A stretch of 64,000 bases of DNA from Gammaproteobacteria bacterium. GTDB taxonomy: Bacteria > Pseudomonadota > Gammaproteobacteria > Natronospirales > REEB76. The DNA lies in assembly GCA_049591615.1 (NCBI GenBank), contig JBAWFD010000101.1:22882-86881 (forward strand), given 5' to 3'. Positions 1 to 10,627 of the stretch are shown here, in pieces (the first letter of the stretch is position 1; the number at the start of each line of letters is the position of its first letter). A program made the translations under genes and the position numbers. Under the pieces are notes generated by a model. The model worked only from the letters and a program-made list of their open reading frames with translations. It was not told where the DNA came from and did not search any database.

Positions 1-2
1 TA

Positions 3-341
3 CGTGAGGGGCATGCCACTGAAGGTACTGCCAGCAGTCTTTTTATAGTGCATCAGGATGTGCTTATCACGCCACCCAAAAGTTCCGAGTTATTGCCCAG
101 CATCACCCGCGACGTGATTGTGGAATTAGCTGCTCAGCACCAAATAGCATGCCGGGAAGCCCACGTTCCCATCGTACAATTACGCGCCGCACAGGAAATC
201 TGGTTCGCGAGCTCCACGCGCGAGGCCTACCCGGTGACAGAATTGGATGGGCACAAGGTCGGTGAAGGCCGGCCCGGTGATCAATGGCGACGGATGTATG
301 CTCTGTTTCAACATCACAAGGCGGAGCAAATAGGCAGTTGA
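3..341 (+). CDS. Fold-type IV (D-amino-acid / branched-chain) aminotransferase, C-terminal fragment cut by the window edge
   Basis: The frame is open from base 3. The translation ...EGTASSLFIVHQDVLITPP...SITRDVIVELA... resembles class IV aminotransferase C-termini. It lies upstream of ybeD-lipB-lipA. Confidence 0.6.
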   Translation, partial: REGHATEGTASSLFIVHQDVLITPPKSSELLPSITRDVIVELAAQHQIACREAHVPIVQLRAAQEIWFASSTREAYPVTELDGHKVGEGRPGDQWRRMYALFQHHKAEQIGS

Positions 342-368
342 TGTACTTGAATTTCCACATCCAACTCT

Positions 369-686
369 ATGCCTGATTCTGCAATGAAGTCCCCTTCTGC
401 ACCACCTGAGTCAGCACAAACACTCAAAACAGCGTCGCCGCTGACGTATCCCACTGCATTCCCCATCAAGGTCATGGGCAGAGATACGCCGGAATTCCAC
501 CAGACGGTAGCGGCAGTATTTTCTCGACATGCAGCCCCATGGGAGACATTGCCGGTAAGCCGCCAGCCAAGCAGTGAGGGGCGCTTCATCTCGCTAACCG
601 TGACCATCGTTGCCGAGAGTCGCGCTCAACTGGATGCGCTCTACACCGAGCTTTCCGGCAGCGAACATGTGCTTGTGACATTGTGA
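369..686 (+). CDS. ybeD: YbeD-like DUF493 (UPF0250) protein
   Basis: [11 protein letters not shown]...FISLTVTI...QLDALY pattern typical of YbeD. GTGA overlap with lipB at 683-686. Conserved ybeD-lipB synteny. Confidence 0.75.
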   Translation: MPDSAMKSPSAPPESAQTLKTASPLTYPTAFPIKVMGRDTPEFHQTVAAVFSRHAAPWETLPVSRQPSSEGRFISLTVTIVAESRAQLDALYTELSGSEHVLVTL

Positions 687-1312
687 CTCACAGATTGCCG
701 CTGCTGAAGGATATGGGGCGTGTCGAATACCTGCCCACCTGGCACGCCATGCAGCGCTTCACCGAGGACCGCGATGCCGGCACACCCGACGAGATCTGGT
801 TTCTGGAACATCCGCCGGTATTCACCCTCGGACTGGCGGGCAAGATGGAACATGTACTGGCACCCGGAATTATTCCGGTGATCCATATTGATCGCGGTGG
901 CCAAGTCACCTATCACGGGCCTGGCCAGTTGGTGGTGTATCCACTGATAGACCTCAAGCGCCTAGGACTGGGTGTGCGTGCCCTGGTCGAAGCCATTGAG
1001 AACAGCGTCATCGCTACGCTGAATGATTTTGGCATTGCAGCAGTCTCGAAACGCGAGGCGCCTGGGGTGTACACCCACGATGGCCGCAAGCTTGCGTCGC
1101 TGGGCCTGAGGGTGCGCCATGGGTGCAGTTATCACGGCCTGGCGTTCAATATCGCCATGGACCTGGAACCTTTCTCACGTATCAATCCCTGCGGTTACAC
1201 CGGTCTGCAGATGTCTCAGGTGAGCGCACTGGGTGGGCCCAAGGACATGTACGCAGTTTCGGCACGGCTCAAACCGCACTTACTCGAATATCTGGGTTAC
1301 AATAAAAGCTGA
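683..1312 (+). CDS. lipB: Octanoyltransferase (lipoyl(octanoyl) transferase)
   Basis: [33 protein letters not shown] and the CSYHGLAFN motif. Adjacent to lipA. Confidence 0.9.
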   Translation: MTHRLPLLKDMGRVEYLPTWHAMQRFTEDRDAGTPDEIWFLEHPPVFTLGLAGKMEHVLAPGIIPVIHIDRGGQVTYHGPGQLVVYPLIDLKRLGLGVRALVEAIENSVIATLNDFGIAAVSKREAPGVYTHDGRKLASLGLRVRHGCSYHGLAFNIAMDLEPFSRINPCGYTGLQMSQVSALGGPKDMYAVSARLKPHLLEYLGYNKS

Positions 1313-1362
1313 ATCTTCAGATTCCAAGCGGTGTCAGTGCCGCACCCCACATAGGATTTCTT

Positions 1363-2334
1363 GTGAGCGACATCCCTGCCGCGCGTCCGCGGTTACAGCC
1401 CGGCAAGAAGCTCAGTGCCGCTGAGAAGATGGCGCGCATCCCGGTCAGGATCGAACCCACGATCACGCCCCTGCGCAAACCCGCATGGATCCGTGTGCGT
1501 TCCTGGGCAACGCCGGAAGTGGCACGGCTCAAGCGGATACTGCGTGATAACCATCTGCACACCGTGTGTGAAGAAGCTTCCTGCCCCAACATCGGCGAGT
1601 GCTTCGGCAAAGGTACCGCCACCTTCATGATCATGGGCGATATCTGTACGCGCCGCTGCACTTTTTGCGACGTAGCCCATGGCCGTCCTCGCGAACTGGA
1701 TACGGAAGAACCGCTCAACCTCGCCAGGACCATCAGGGACATGGGTTTGCGCTACGTGGTGGTCACCTCCGTGGATCGGGATGACCTGCGTGACGGAGGT
1801 GCCGGTCATTTTGTTGCCTGTATCCAAGCTATACGTGAGCTCAGTCCATTGACGAAAATCGAGGTGCTGGTGCCGGATTTCCGTGGCCGCATGGATATGG
1901 CGCTGGCGCTCATGCATGACGCGCCACCGGATATCTTCAATCATAATCTGGAGACCGTGCCGCGTATTTACCGGGAAGTACGCCCCGGTTCCGATTACCA
2001 ACACTCACTGATGCTGCTCAAACGCTTCAAGAAAGCGCATCCTGAGATACCGACGAAATCCGGAATCATGCTGGGGCTTGGCGAACAGATTTCCGAAGCA
2101 TTAAACGTGATGAAGGATCTGCGGACCTGTGAAGTAGACATGCTCACAGTGGGCCAATATTTGCAACCCAGCCGATTTCACCACCCGGTTATCCGCTATG
2201 TAACGCCCGAGGAATTCAAACAGATCGAAACTGAAGGCTATGCGCTTGGTTTCCAGCACGTGGCCAGTGGGGCGCTGGTGCGTTCGTCCTACCATGCTGA
2301 CCACCAGGCTCAAGGCTTGATGCGTTCTGCCTAA
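1363..2334 (+). CDS. lipA: Lipoyl synthase (radical SAM)
   Basis: [12 protein letters not shown] and [10 protein letters not shown] cysteine clusters. GTG start at 1363; the N-terminal extent is uncertain. Confidence 0.95.
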   Translation: MSDIPAARPRLQPGKKLSAAEKMARIPVRIEPTITPLRKPAWIRVRSWATPEVARLKRILRDNHLHTVCEEASCPNIGECFGKGTATFMIMGDICTRRCTFCDVAHGRPRELDTEEPLNLARTIRDMGLRYVVVTSVDRDDLRDGGAGHFVACIQAIRELSPLTKIEVLVPDFRGRMDMALALMHDAPPDIFNHNLETVPRIYREVRPGSDYQHSLMLLKRFKKAHPEIPTKSGIMLGLGEQISEALNVMKDLRTCEVDMLTVGQYLQPSRFHHPVIRYVTPEEFKQIETEGYALGFQHVASGALVRSSYHADHQAQGLMRSA

Positions 2335-2452
2335 TGCCATAATGAGTTTCATTGCACGCATGATAATCTGATTTAGATTTCAACTGCATAGTGTGTATAG
2401 AAGCTGTTATATAGCTTTAAGCTAGCGTGAATATCAGGAGCATAAAACCAGC

Positions 2453-4171
2453 ATGATTCCGATTTTTAAAAAACTGCCGATACCTTTCATACTCCTGATA
2501 GTCTCGAGCTGCGGCGGTAACAGTTCGGCGATAAACAACCCTACAATTACATTGGTTACCCCGGTGTCGACTGTGATCGCTGCCGGTTCAACCTTGCAGC
2601 TGCAAGCCACGGTCGGCGGCAGCAACAACACCACCGTGCTCTGGTATGTGAACAATGTCCCCGGCGGCAATAGCACTGTGGGGACCATCACTCCGCAAGG
2701 GCTCTATACAGCACCTTATATTCCCACCTCGAATGGCTCGATTCTCATCAGTGCATCTCCCCAGGTCTACCCGGTGATTAGCACCTCAATACAAATCGGT
2801 ATCACCTTTGCCAATGTTTCACTGAGTGGAAATTATGTTTTCAGCATGAGCGGTACCGAATCCGGGAGCCCCTGGATAGCCGCAGGCAGCTTTACGGCTA
2901 ACGGCAACGGCACCATCAGCAATGGCACCGAGGACATCAATGGGCCGGCCGGTGTTTCGACAGCATTGCCATTCAATGGCAGCTATCTTATTAATGCCAA
3001 CGGGCAGGGAGTCGCTACTTTTACCAGTGCACAGGGAAGTGTCACGATGGAATTTACCTTGAATACCCAGGGACAATCGGTGGTGATGCGCACTGATTCC
3101 GGTGACATCGCTACCGGCACATTTTATCCACAGCTATCTACGGCTTTGACGCTTACCAGCCTGAACTCTGCGTATGTCTTCAGTTTCGCAGGCACTAACC
3201 CATCCAGGTCTCTCCTGAATGTCGTTGGTTATTTCAATACCAATGGCTCTTCCAATCTAACAAATGCGCAAGAAGATCTGAATGATGGCGGTACGACGAC
3301 CAATCAGGCGTTTAGCGGCTCGTATACGATAGTCAACAATGGCCGTGGCACGGCCACGTTTACCGATTCGACCGGCACCCGCAGCTATGCTTTCTACATC
3401 GTCGCGCCTACCCAACTCCAATTCGTCGAGATTGATAATTTGGGTTATCTGAACGGTACAGTGTTTCAGCAGCAATCAATCACGCCTACTACTGCGCTCG
3501 CGGGAGGCTATGTGTTTTATGCCTCAGGGATCAATGGCACTGCGGCCTACGGTACTGCGGGTGGTTTCTTCACCAATACGACTACTTACGGGAACATCAG
3601 TTCAGGAACCGATGACATTAATAATGCTGGGACTAATCCGACTAATCCTACACTGACCGGCAGCTTCACCACCGGCACAAGCGGGCGGGGTACCATCACC
3701 CTAACAGGCGGCAGCGGCACGACCAACTACGTCTATTATTTCATATCACCTGATGCCGCTGTTCTGTTAACCACCGATAGCGGTATCAATGCGAGTGGGG
3801 AATTATTCTTGCAATCTGGCGGATATTCCACCTCCGCCATATATGGAAGTTATACATTCACGCAATTAAGCCCCGTGAGCTTCCTCCCGCCCTCGGCAGC
3901 AGTCGGCATACTCAATTTTAACGGCGATGGCGCGATAGCCGGTTTTCAAGATACAAATATTAATGGTGTCAGCTCTGGACAACAGTCCGTCACCGGTACC
4001 GACACGGTGACAGGCGTAACAAACGGCGCGTCGACCCGCGGCTTAGCCATGCTCACCACCAGCGACGGAACAATTACAAATTATGCTTTTTACCCGATCT
4101 CAGGCGGCTCGGTGATCATGTTGGGTGCCAGCGCCTCACTGGTTGTGGCAACACTGGTTAGTCAATATTGA
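2453..4171 (+). CDS. Secreted lipoprotein with an N-terminal Ig-like (BIG2-like) segment and four ~105-aa tandem repeats; function unknown
   Basis: Signal peptide plus lipobox LIVSSC|GG and an AGGAG SD upstream. The N-terminal segment VTPVSTVIAAGSTLQLQATV...GLYTAP is Ig-like. The repeats cover aa ~123-571. GC is low (~45-47% in sampled lines). Confidence 0.6.
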   Translation: MIPIFKKLPIPFILLIVSSCGGNSSAINNPTITLVTPVSTVIAAGSTLQLQATVGGSNNTTVLWYVNNVPGGNSTVGTITPQGLYTAPYIPTSNGSILISASPQVYPVISTSIQIGITFANVSLSGNYVFSMSGTESGSPWIAAGSFTANGNGTISNGTEDINGPAGVSTALPFNGSYLINANGQGVATFTSAQGSVTMEFTLNTQGQSVVMRTDSGDIATGTFYPQLSTALTLTSLNSAYVFSFAGTNPSRSLLNVVGYFNTNGSSNLTNAQEDLNDGGTTTNQAFSGSYTIVNNGRGTATFTDSTGTRSYAFYIVAPTQLQFVEIDNLGYLNGTVFQQQSITPTTALAGGYVFYASGINGTAAYGTAGGFFTNTTTYGNISSGTDDINNAGTNPTNPTLTGSFTTGTSGRGTITLTGGSGTTNYVYYFISPDAAVLLTTDSGINASGELFLQSGGYSTSAIYGSYTFTQLSPVSFLPPSAAVGILNFNGDGAIAGFQDTNINGVSSGQQSVTGTDTVTGVTNGASTRGLAMLTTSDGTITNYAFYPISGGSVIMLGASASLVVATLVSQY

Positions 4172-4296
4172 CGGATACCAGCTGCAGGTATTGCAGTGTG
4201 CGAATGCAATATTTAGCAACAACACGATCCTCGTAAATGCAGAAGCATGCAAAGTGGCGGATAATATCCGTTCAAGTTAAGGAGCGCCGATTCCCA

Positions 4297-5127
4297 ATGT
4301 CGCTGAAAACAATTGCTATCTTTGTTGTCATGTGCATTAGCCTGCTGACTGAGGGCTGCGGCAGCAGCTCGAGCTCTTCCAGTTCCAGTAATACGACCGT
4401 GATCCTGCAAGTCGTGCCAGGGCCATGGAAGGGAACCTATAATCTCAACGGTAGCAGCAACATACCCGTGACCGGCACCGTGGCGGCCGGTGGTTTCGGC
4501 TATTTTGCCGACAACGACGGCAACGTGTTCCTGGTGGAGAATGTGCCCGAAGAATCACCTTTCTCCAGCATTGCTATTGCGACTGCCCCATCGGGACAGA
4601 CTTTTCCGGACGGTAACAGCGTCGATACATTCTCTGTCAATGGCAACTATGTTTCGACAGCCACCTCAACGAACATGACGGGCTCCCTTACGGGGATCGA
4701 TCCCAGCAGCTATGTATCCTATATTGGCTACGCAACTACCGGCGTGAATGGCAATTTCACTCTGGATTCCACTGTGCCCTATACGGGGACTCCGTCTATC
4801 GCCGGCTTGCAGGGCCAGTGGAATGGTTATTACACTGGCAAGACGTCTACCTCGGCAGATATCACAATCAACGCGGATGGCATTTTCAGCGGCAACGATG
4901 GCTACGGTTGCAGCATCAGCGGCAGCCTTGTGCAACAGGACCCCGGTACCAATACATACTTTGTGAACTATGTAAGCAGCGGCTCAGGTTGTCCTGGCGA
5001 CATGAATGGCTTGGCTTATGAAAGTACGATCGATGTATCAGGTGATTTTAGTGGCGCGGCCGGGACTTATTTCTATATGGGGCTATTCGGCCCGAACGTG
5101 GCGTACAGCGCGGAGTTCAAATTGTGA
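4297..5127 (+). CDS. Putative lipoprotein with a poly-Ser linker; function unknown
   Basis: MSLKTIAIFVVMCISLLTEGC followed by GSSSSSSSSSN. TAAGGAG lies upstream of the ATG at 4297, and the longer ORF from 4237 is judged an artefact. G/N/T/S/Y-rich composition like the preceding gene. Confidence 0.5.
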   Translation: MSLKTIAIFVVMCISLLTEGCGSSSSSSSSSNTTVILQVVPGPWKGTYNLNGSSNIPVTGTVAAGGFGYFADNDGNVFLVENVPEESPFSSIAIATAPSGQTFPDGNSVDTFSVNGNYVSTATSTNMTGSLTGIDPSSYVSYIGYATTGVNGNFTLDSTVPYTGTPSIAGLQGQWNGYYTGKTSTSADITINADGIFSGNDGYGCSISGSLVQQDPGTNTYFVNYVSSGSGCPGDMNGLAYESTIDVSGDFSGAAGTYFYMGLFGPNVAYSAEFKL

Positions 5128-5204
5128 GAATACCCAAGCTGCGTGGTGAGCAGAAGTGAACTTCAACTATTACTTAATACAAACGTCGTCCAAATATCAA
5201 GTCA

Positions 5205-5861
5205 TCACTCAACATTTTCAAGCGTTTCGATAGTTCCCACGTCACTCCACTTTCCAGAATAGAATTCACCGCTGACCTTTTTATCGCGCATGGCCTTTTG
5301 CCACAACGGCAACATCGGGAATTTCCCTGGGCTACAACCATTGAAAAACAGCGGATCGTGAATGCCGATTCCGCTATAAGTGAGACTTGGAATACCAGCA
5401 GCAAGCAAGCGTCCATCGGCTGAAAGATGAAAATCCCCCTGCGGATGATCTACAGGATTCCCGACTACGATCAGATGCGCAAGATCACCCGGTTTGAGTG
5501 CTGGCTCCAATCCTCCAAAGGGGAAATCTGTATAGATATCGCCATTCACAACCAGGAATGGCTCACTCCCAAGTAACGGCAGTGCGTTTAAGATCCCGCC
5601 GCCAGTATCCAATGCGCCGGGCGGTTCCTCGGAATAGCGTATTTGTACGCCATAACGTGAACCATCACCCAGATGACTTTTGATCTTGTCTCCCAACCAC
5701 GAAATGTTGATCACGATATCCGTGAAACCGACAGACTGCAGTCGTTCCAGATGATGGACAATCAACGGCTTGCCATGCACGACCAGCAACGGTTTTGGCG
5801 TTCTATCCGTAAGCGGTCGCAGGCGTTCACCACGACCGGCGGCCAGGATCATCACTTTCAT
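5205..5861 (-). CDS. murU: Nucleotidyltransferase, MurU-like (N-acetylmuramate-1-phosphate uridylyltransferase)
   Basis: MKVMILAAGRGERLRPLT...PKPLL motif. 4-nt overlap with the upstream kinase. Same amgK-murU pair next to lptD as in Pseudomonas. Confidence 0.75.
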   Translation of the reverse strand: MKVMILAAGRGERLRPLTDRTPKPLLVVHGKPLIVHHLERLQSVGFTDIVINISWLGDKIKSHLGDGSRYGVQIRYSEEPPGALDTGGGILNALPLLGSEPFLVVNGDIYTDFPFGGLEPALKPGDLAHLIVVGNPVDHPQGDFHLSADGRLLAAGIPSLTYSGIGIHDPLFFNGCSPGKFPMLPLWQKAMRDKKVSGEFYSGKWSDVGTIETLENVE

Positions 5862-6850
5862 GTCGCAGCCGTGGCTTTCTGGGCGCGGCTTTCTACTGAG
5901 TCTAGTAGCAATAACAAAGGTGTGAATTCCTTGTAAAGCTTGCCAGTCTCGCGCACATAGTTCAGGAATCGGGGTGTATCTTTCAGATAGCCGGACTTAC
6001 CATCCCGGTAGTATATGCGTGCAAAAATACCCAGTACCTTGAGGTGTCGTTGCAGACCGATCCAATCGAAGGCACGCTGGAACTCCGGTGATGCCTGCAC
6101 CGCCAGTCCCGCCTCTCGCGCCAGGTGCCAATAGTGGTTTCGCCAGGCATCCACTTGTTGCTGTTTCCAGGAAATGAAGGCATCCTTAAATAAGGACACA
6201 ACATCGTAAGTGATTGGGCCATACACGGCATCCTGGAAGTCCAACACACCGGGATTCGGTGTACTCAGCATCAGATTGCGTGGCATGTAATCGCGATGGA
6301 CATAGGCCCTGGGCTGGGCAAGGGCGCTGTCTTCCAATAATCTAAAAGTGGTATCCAGGAGTTCATGTTCCACATCGGTCAGTGTGATGTTCAGATGGCG
6401 CAGGACATACCACTCCCTGAACAACTCCAATTCCTTGTGCAGCAGAGCTCGATTATAAGCCGGCAATACTCCAGGCCGGCTGGCCCGCTGCCATCTAATC
6501 AATGTACTTATAGCATCTGTCATCAAGGCATCAGCATTGTCCGCCTTGAGCACATCCAGATATGTTTGCTGTCCCAGGTCGCTTAGCAGCAGAAATCCCC
6601 GCACCAGATCCTCCGCCAGTACCTCGGGTGCGTGCACGTTAGCGTCCTTCAACATGCGGGCGATGCGCACAAATGGCCGGCAATCTTCGTGCGGGGGTGG
6701 CGCATCCATCACGATATAGGACTGGGTCCCCGTCACGATGCGAAAATACCGCCGAAAACTGGCGTCGACAGAAATCGGTTCCAGACTCAGCGTTCGCAGG
6801 TGCAATGCTTCCGCCGCCCAGATACGCAGTTGCTCAAACCTTTCCGGCAT
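5858..6850 (-). CDS. amgK: Aminoglycoside-phosphotransferase-fold kinase, AmgK-like (anomeric MurNAc/GlcNAc kinase)
   Basis: VHRDYMPRNLML (HRD..N) and VLDFQDAV motifs. Start set at MPERFEQL (ATG at 6850), divergent from lptD. Confidence 0.7.
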   Translation of the reverse strand: MPERFEQLRIWAAEALHLRTLSLEPISVDASFRRYFRIVTGTQSYIVMDAPPPHEDCRPFVRIARMLKDANVHAPEVLAEDLVRGFLLLSDLGQQTYLDVLKADNADALMTDAISTLIRWQRASRPGVLPAYNRALLHKELELFREWYVLRHLNITLTDVEHELLDTTFRLLEDSALAQPRAYVHRDYMPRNLMLSTPNPGVLDFQDAVYGPITYDVVSLFKDAFISWKQQQVDAWRNHYWHLAREAGLAVQASPEFQRAFDWIGLQRHLKVLGIFARIYYRDGKSGYLKDTPRFLNYVRETGKLYKEFTPLLLLLDSVESRAQKATAAT

Positions 6851-6880
6851 CCCAGCGTACTCCCATGGTTTGAACAGGTT

Positions 6881-9193
6881 ATGAAAGTGTGCGATTGTAC
6901 CCCGCGTTGCATACGGTTCTGGAGTCTGTTGGTGAATGTGAGCCGCGCGCTTATCCTCTCTGTCGCACTGCTCGCCTCCGCGCCGCTGCTTGCCGATACT
7001 CCACCTGGGACCATTGGCTATAACCAATGGGCAACCTGCTCAGCCCTGCCGCCTTCCACGCTAATTACTGCCGCACCCGCCGCCAGCTCTATTAACCCAC
7101 CTACGCATGTGGCTGCCGATCAACTCACCGGCTACTTGCACGGCGAGTCATTGCTAACCGGCAATGTCCTGGCCATCCAGGGAGACAGGCAAATGCTCGC
7201 TGATAGCATGCGCTATAACAGCGTATCTGGCGACACCCACGCGCTAGGCGATGTACATTTCAGGTCGCCAAACATCGTGTTACGCGGTCCTTCCGCGGAT
7301 TACAACTTCAACAGCGAGAGTGGCTTGTTCAACGATGCCGAGTTCGTTCTGCCTCAGCGTCATGGCCGCGGTACGGCCAAGATTCTGAAAGTCCTGGACG
7401 AAAATCATGACCTACTCACAGACGTACATTACACCACCTGCCCCGTCGGTAGTCATGACTGGATGTTGAATGCCCCCGATCTGGAATTGGATCAGACCAC
7501 CAATACCGGCGTGGGACATAACGTCACCGTTGATTTCTTTGGCGTGCCCATATTCTGGACGCCCTATATAAACTTCCCATTGAATGATGAACGCAAATCC
7601 GGATTTCTGGCTCCGTCATTTGGATTTGACACTCTGTCAGGCTTTGACATCACAACCCCATACTATCTGAACCTGGCACCTAACTATGATGCCACATTGA
7701 GTCCACGCATCATCAGCAAGCGCGGCTTCGATATGGGCGGTGAATACCGTTATCTGACCGATAGCAGTAATGGATTACTCGATTTAAACTACCTGCCACA
7801 CGACCAGATCGCAGACCAGGAACGTGGACTGGTGAATTACTCTGATCTCACCAAACTGGGGCTCGGATGGAATTTCAATGGCGCTTACAATTGGGTATCG
7901 GATAACCTGTACTTCCAGGATCTGGGTGATAGCCTAGCTGTCATATCCACGACGACCCAGGAACGCCATGCTGCCATCAGTTATGGCTTGCCGGATTCGA
8001 ACTGGACGTTCATGACCCAAGTGCAGGAATGGCAGATTGTCGATCCCACTGTCCTGCCTTCCGAATATCCTTACAAACGTCTTCCACAGACGGTGCTCAG
8101 CTGGCAAAGCGACCCCAGCAGCAATGGACCGCAATATGCGTTCAACAGTGAGCTGGTGCAGTTCCAGCAGGACGAGGAGATCGGCGCCCTGCGTATGGAT
8201 ATCAAACCAGACGTCAGTTATACCTTTGGCAATGCTGGTTATTACTTCACGCCTACCGCGGCGATGCGACTAACCGAGTGGGATCTCAACCAGAATGTAC
8301 CGCCTGGCACCGAGTCACAACTTTCCCGCGCCACTCCCATCATCAGCCTCGATAGTGGGCTGTTTCTGCAACGGGATGTGGGTAACAGTGGCAACTATGT
8401 GCAGACTCTGGAACCGCGGCTTTTTTATCTGTACGTGCCCTATCGCGATCAATCACAGATTCCGATCTTTGACACTATACAACCACAGTTCAACTTCCTG
8501 GAATTATTTAGTGATAACAGTTTTGTCGGGGCTGACCGTCAGAGCGATGCCAACCAGTTAAGCTATGCCCTGACCAGTCGTCTATTGGATACCTCCGATG
8601 GCTCACAGTTGCTGGAGGCGGATATCGGTCAGATTCGCTACTTTAGCAACCGTGACGTGCAGTTGCCCGGAGTCGCGCCACAGACCTATCTGTTTTCCGA
8701 TGTGATTGGCGATCTGACGTTAAACATCAATGACAACTGGTCCGCCATGTATGATCAGCAATGGGACCCCACCACGCGCCAGACGGATGTGGCTTCGATC
8801 GGTGTCCAGTACCATCCAGCATTTCACCAGGTGATCAACCTGGCATACCGCTATAACCGGTCACTGGACCTGAAACAGACCGATCTGTCGTTCGCCTGGC
8901 CTCTCAGCACCCACTGGAGCATGGTAGGCCGCTGGAACTACGATGTGCAAAACAAAGTCACACTGGAGAGCTTTGAAGGGTTTGAGTACGATAGCTGCTG
9001 CTGGACCTTCCAGATAGTGCACCGCAACTACATCACCCAGTTGGGTACTCAATCCGGCACCCAGACAGGTCAAACGAACTCCATGTTTTTCTTCCAGTTG
9101 CAACTCAAGGGTCTTACCACTATCGGACGCCACCTCGAGGATTTCCTGCAAAATGGTATCCTAGGCTATTCCGGTTCCACCCAACCACAGTAA
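6881..9193 (+). CDS. lptD: LPS-assembly outer-membrane protein LptD
   Basis: Signal peptide ...ALILSVALLASAPLLA, a long beta-barrel-type sequence and lptD-surA-pdxA-rsmA synteny. Start is the ATG at 6881 or the GTG at 6932/6938. The 6632 ORF start overlaps amgK and is rejected. Confidence 0.9.
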   Translation: MKVCDCTPRCIRFWSLLVNVSRALILSVALLASAPLLADTPPGTIGYNQWATCSALPPSTLITAAPAASSINPPTHVAADQLTGYLHGESLLTGNVLAIQGDRQMLADSMRYNSVSGDTHALGDVHFRSPNIVLRGPSADYNFNSESGLFNDAEFVLPQRHGRGTAKILKVLDENHDLLTDVHYTTCPVGSHDWMLNAPDLELDQTTNTGVGHNVTVDFFGVPIFWTPYINFPLNDERKSGFLAPSFGFDTLSGFDITTPYYLNLAPNYDATLSPRIISKRGFDMGGEYRYLTDSSNGLLDLNYLPHDQIADQERGLVNYSDLTKLGLGWNFNGAYNWVSDNLYFQDLGDSLAVISTTTQERHAAISYGLPDSNWTFMTQVQEWQIVDPTVLPSEYPYKRLPQTVLSWQSDPSSNGPQYAFNSELVQFQQDEEIGALRMDIKPDVSYTFGNAGYYFTPTAAMRLTEWDLNQNVPPGTESQLSRATPIISLDSGLFLQRDVGNSGNYVQTLEPRLFYLYVPYRDQSQIPIFDTIQPQFNFLELFSDNSFVGADRQSDANQLSYALTSRLLDTSDGSQLLEADIGQIRYFSNRDVQLPGVAPQTYLFSDVIGDLTLNINDNWSAMYDQQWDPTTRQTDVASIGVQYHPAFHQVINLAYRYNRSLDLKQTDLSFAWPLSTHWSMVGRWNYDVQNKVTLESFEGFEYDSCCWTFQIVHRNYITQLGTQSGTQTGQTNSMFFFQLQLKGLTTIGRHLEDFLQNGILGYSGSTQPQ

Positions 9194-9209
9194 TCAAGGT
9201 TCCCACTGC

Positions 9210-10607
9210 ATGCAGATTTCCGCCCTCCGATTTACCGCGGTGCTGTCCGCCGCCCTGCTGCTATGTCAGGCCTGTGCTTCCACACCCAAGCCCAATCCAA
9301 ACATCAGCCCGACCGCGGTCATGAACCCAGCACCCGCAGCAGCTAGTGTCACTGCCGCGGCCATCGCCAAAGCCTCCTCAACCGGGGTTCTGCTGGACCG
9401 GGTGGTGGCAGTGGTAAACGACCAGGTCATCCTTCAGAGCGAGCTGGACGTGCGGGTGGCTGCCATCACGAGGCAAATCCAGGCAGAGGGCACAACATTA
9501 CCCCCCGAAAACATACTGCGCAAACAAGTATTGGATCAAACGATTATAACCAAGCTGGAATTGCAGCAGGCCGCCATCAAAGGGATTAGCGTGAGTGACG
9601 ATGCTCTCAATCAGACCGTCAATCGTATCGCAGAACGCAACGGCATCACCTTCAATCAGCTGCCGGAAAAACTGCAGCAGTCGGGGATTAACTACGCGGA
9701 TTTCCGCCAGGAGCTGCGCAACCAGCTCATCATCCATAACCTGCAGCAGCAACTGGTGAACGACCAAATGCACATCACGCCACGCGAGATCCAGGCCCAA
9801 ATTGCGATGGATGCGGCCAACGGCAATGCCAATAGCCAATATCATATCTCGCAGATTTTGGTCACCCTGCCATTGGATCCGAGTGCCGCACAAGTTGCTG
9901 AGGCCCGCAAGAAAGCCCAGGATATCTATCAGCAGATTAAGAAGGGAGCGGATTTCGCCGCCATGGCGGTAGAGTACTCACAAGGTCAACAGGCACTCAA
10001 GGGTGGTGATCTGGGCTGGCGTAAAGGCTCCGAGCTGCCAACAATTTTTGCAGATGTCATCCGCCAGATGAAACCGGGTGACGTCACCGAACCCCTATCT
10101 AGCCCCAGCGGCTTTCATATCTTGAAACTGGATGATGTGAAACGCGCCGATAATAAAGTGCTGGTTAACCAAACACATGCCCGCCACATCCTCCTCAGAC
10201 CCAGCGCCATCATGACGGATGCACAAGCGCAAGCGAAACTGGAGGACCTGCGCAAGGAAATTCTGAATGGCGCGGATTTTGCCAAGCTGGCCGAGAAATA
10301 TTCTGAGGACCCAGGCTCCGCCAGCAATGGCGGTGATTTGGGCTGGCTGGATCCGGGTGCCACAGTACCGGAATTCCAGTCGCAGATGGACAAACTCCAG
10401 GTAGGCGAGATCAGCGAGCCATTCAAGACCCAGTTCGGCTGGCACATCGTGCAGGTACTAGGCCGACGCCAAGTAGACCAGACTCAGGAATACACACGCA
10501 ACAAGGCCTATGAGGCCATCTATGCGCGTAAATCCGAGGAAATCATTCAGAATTGGACTACTGCGCTCAGGGGGTCGGCGTATATCGAAACCTTCCTGGA
10601 TAAATAG
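9210..10607 (+). CDS. surA: Periplasmic chaperone / peptidyl-prolyl isomerase SurA
   Basis: Signal peptide, two parvulin-like segments (HISQILV..., ARHILLR...GGDLGW) and synteny. Confidence 0.9.
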   Translation: MQISALRFTAVLSAALLLCQACASTPKPNPNISPTAVMNPAPAAASVTAAAIAKASSTGVLLDRVVAVVNDQVILQSELDVRVAAITRQIQAEGTTLPPENILRKQVLDQTIITKLELQQAAIKGISVSDDALNQTVNRIAERNGITFNQLPEKLQQSGINYADFRQELRNQLIIHNLQQQLVNDQMHITPREIQAQIAMDAANGNANSQYHISQILVTLPLDPSAAQVAEARKKAQDIYQQIKKGADFAAMAVEYSQGQQALKGGDLGWRKGSELPTIFADVIRQMKPGDVTEPLSSPSGFHILKLDDVKRADNKVLVNQTHARHILLRPSAIMTDAQAQAKLEDLRKEILNGADFAKLAEKYSEDPGSASNGGDLGWLDPGATVPEFQSQMDKLQVGEISEPFKTQFGWHIVQVLGRRQVDQTQEYTRNKAYEAIYARKSEEIIQNWTTALRGSAYIETFLDK

Positions 10608-10627
10608 CCAGGCCCTGCCAAATAAAA

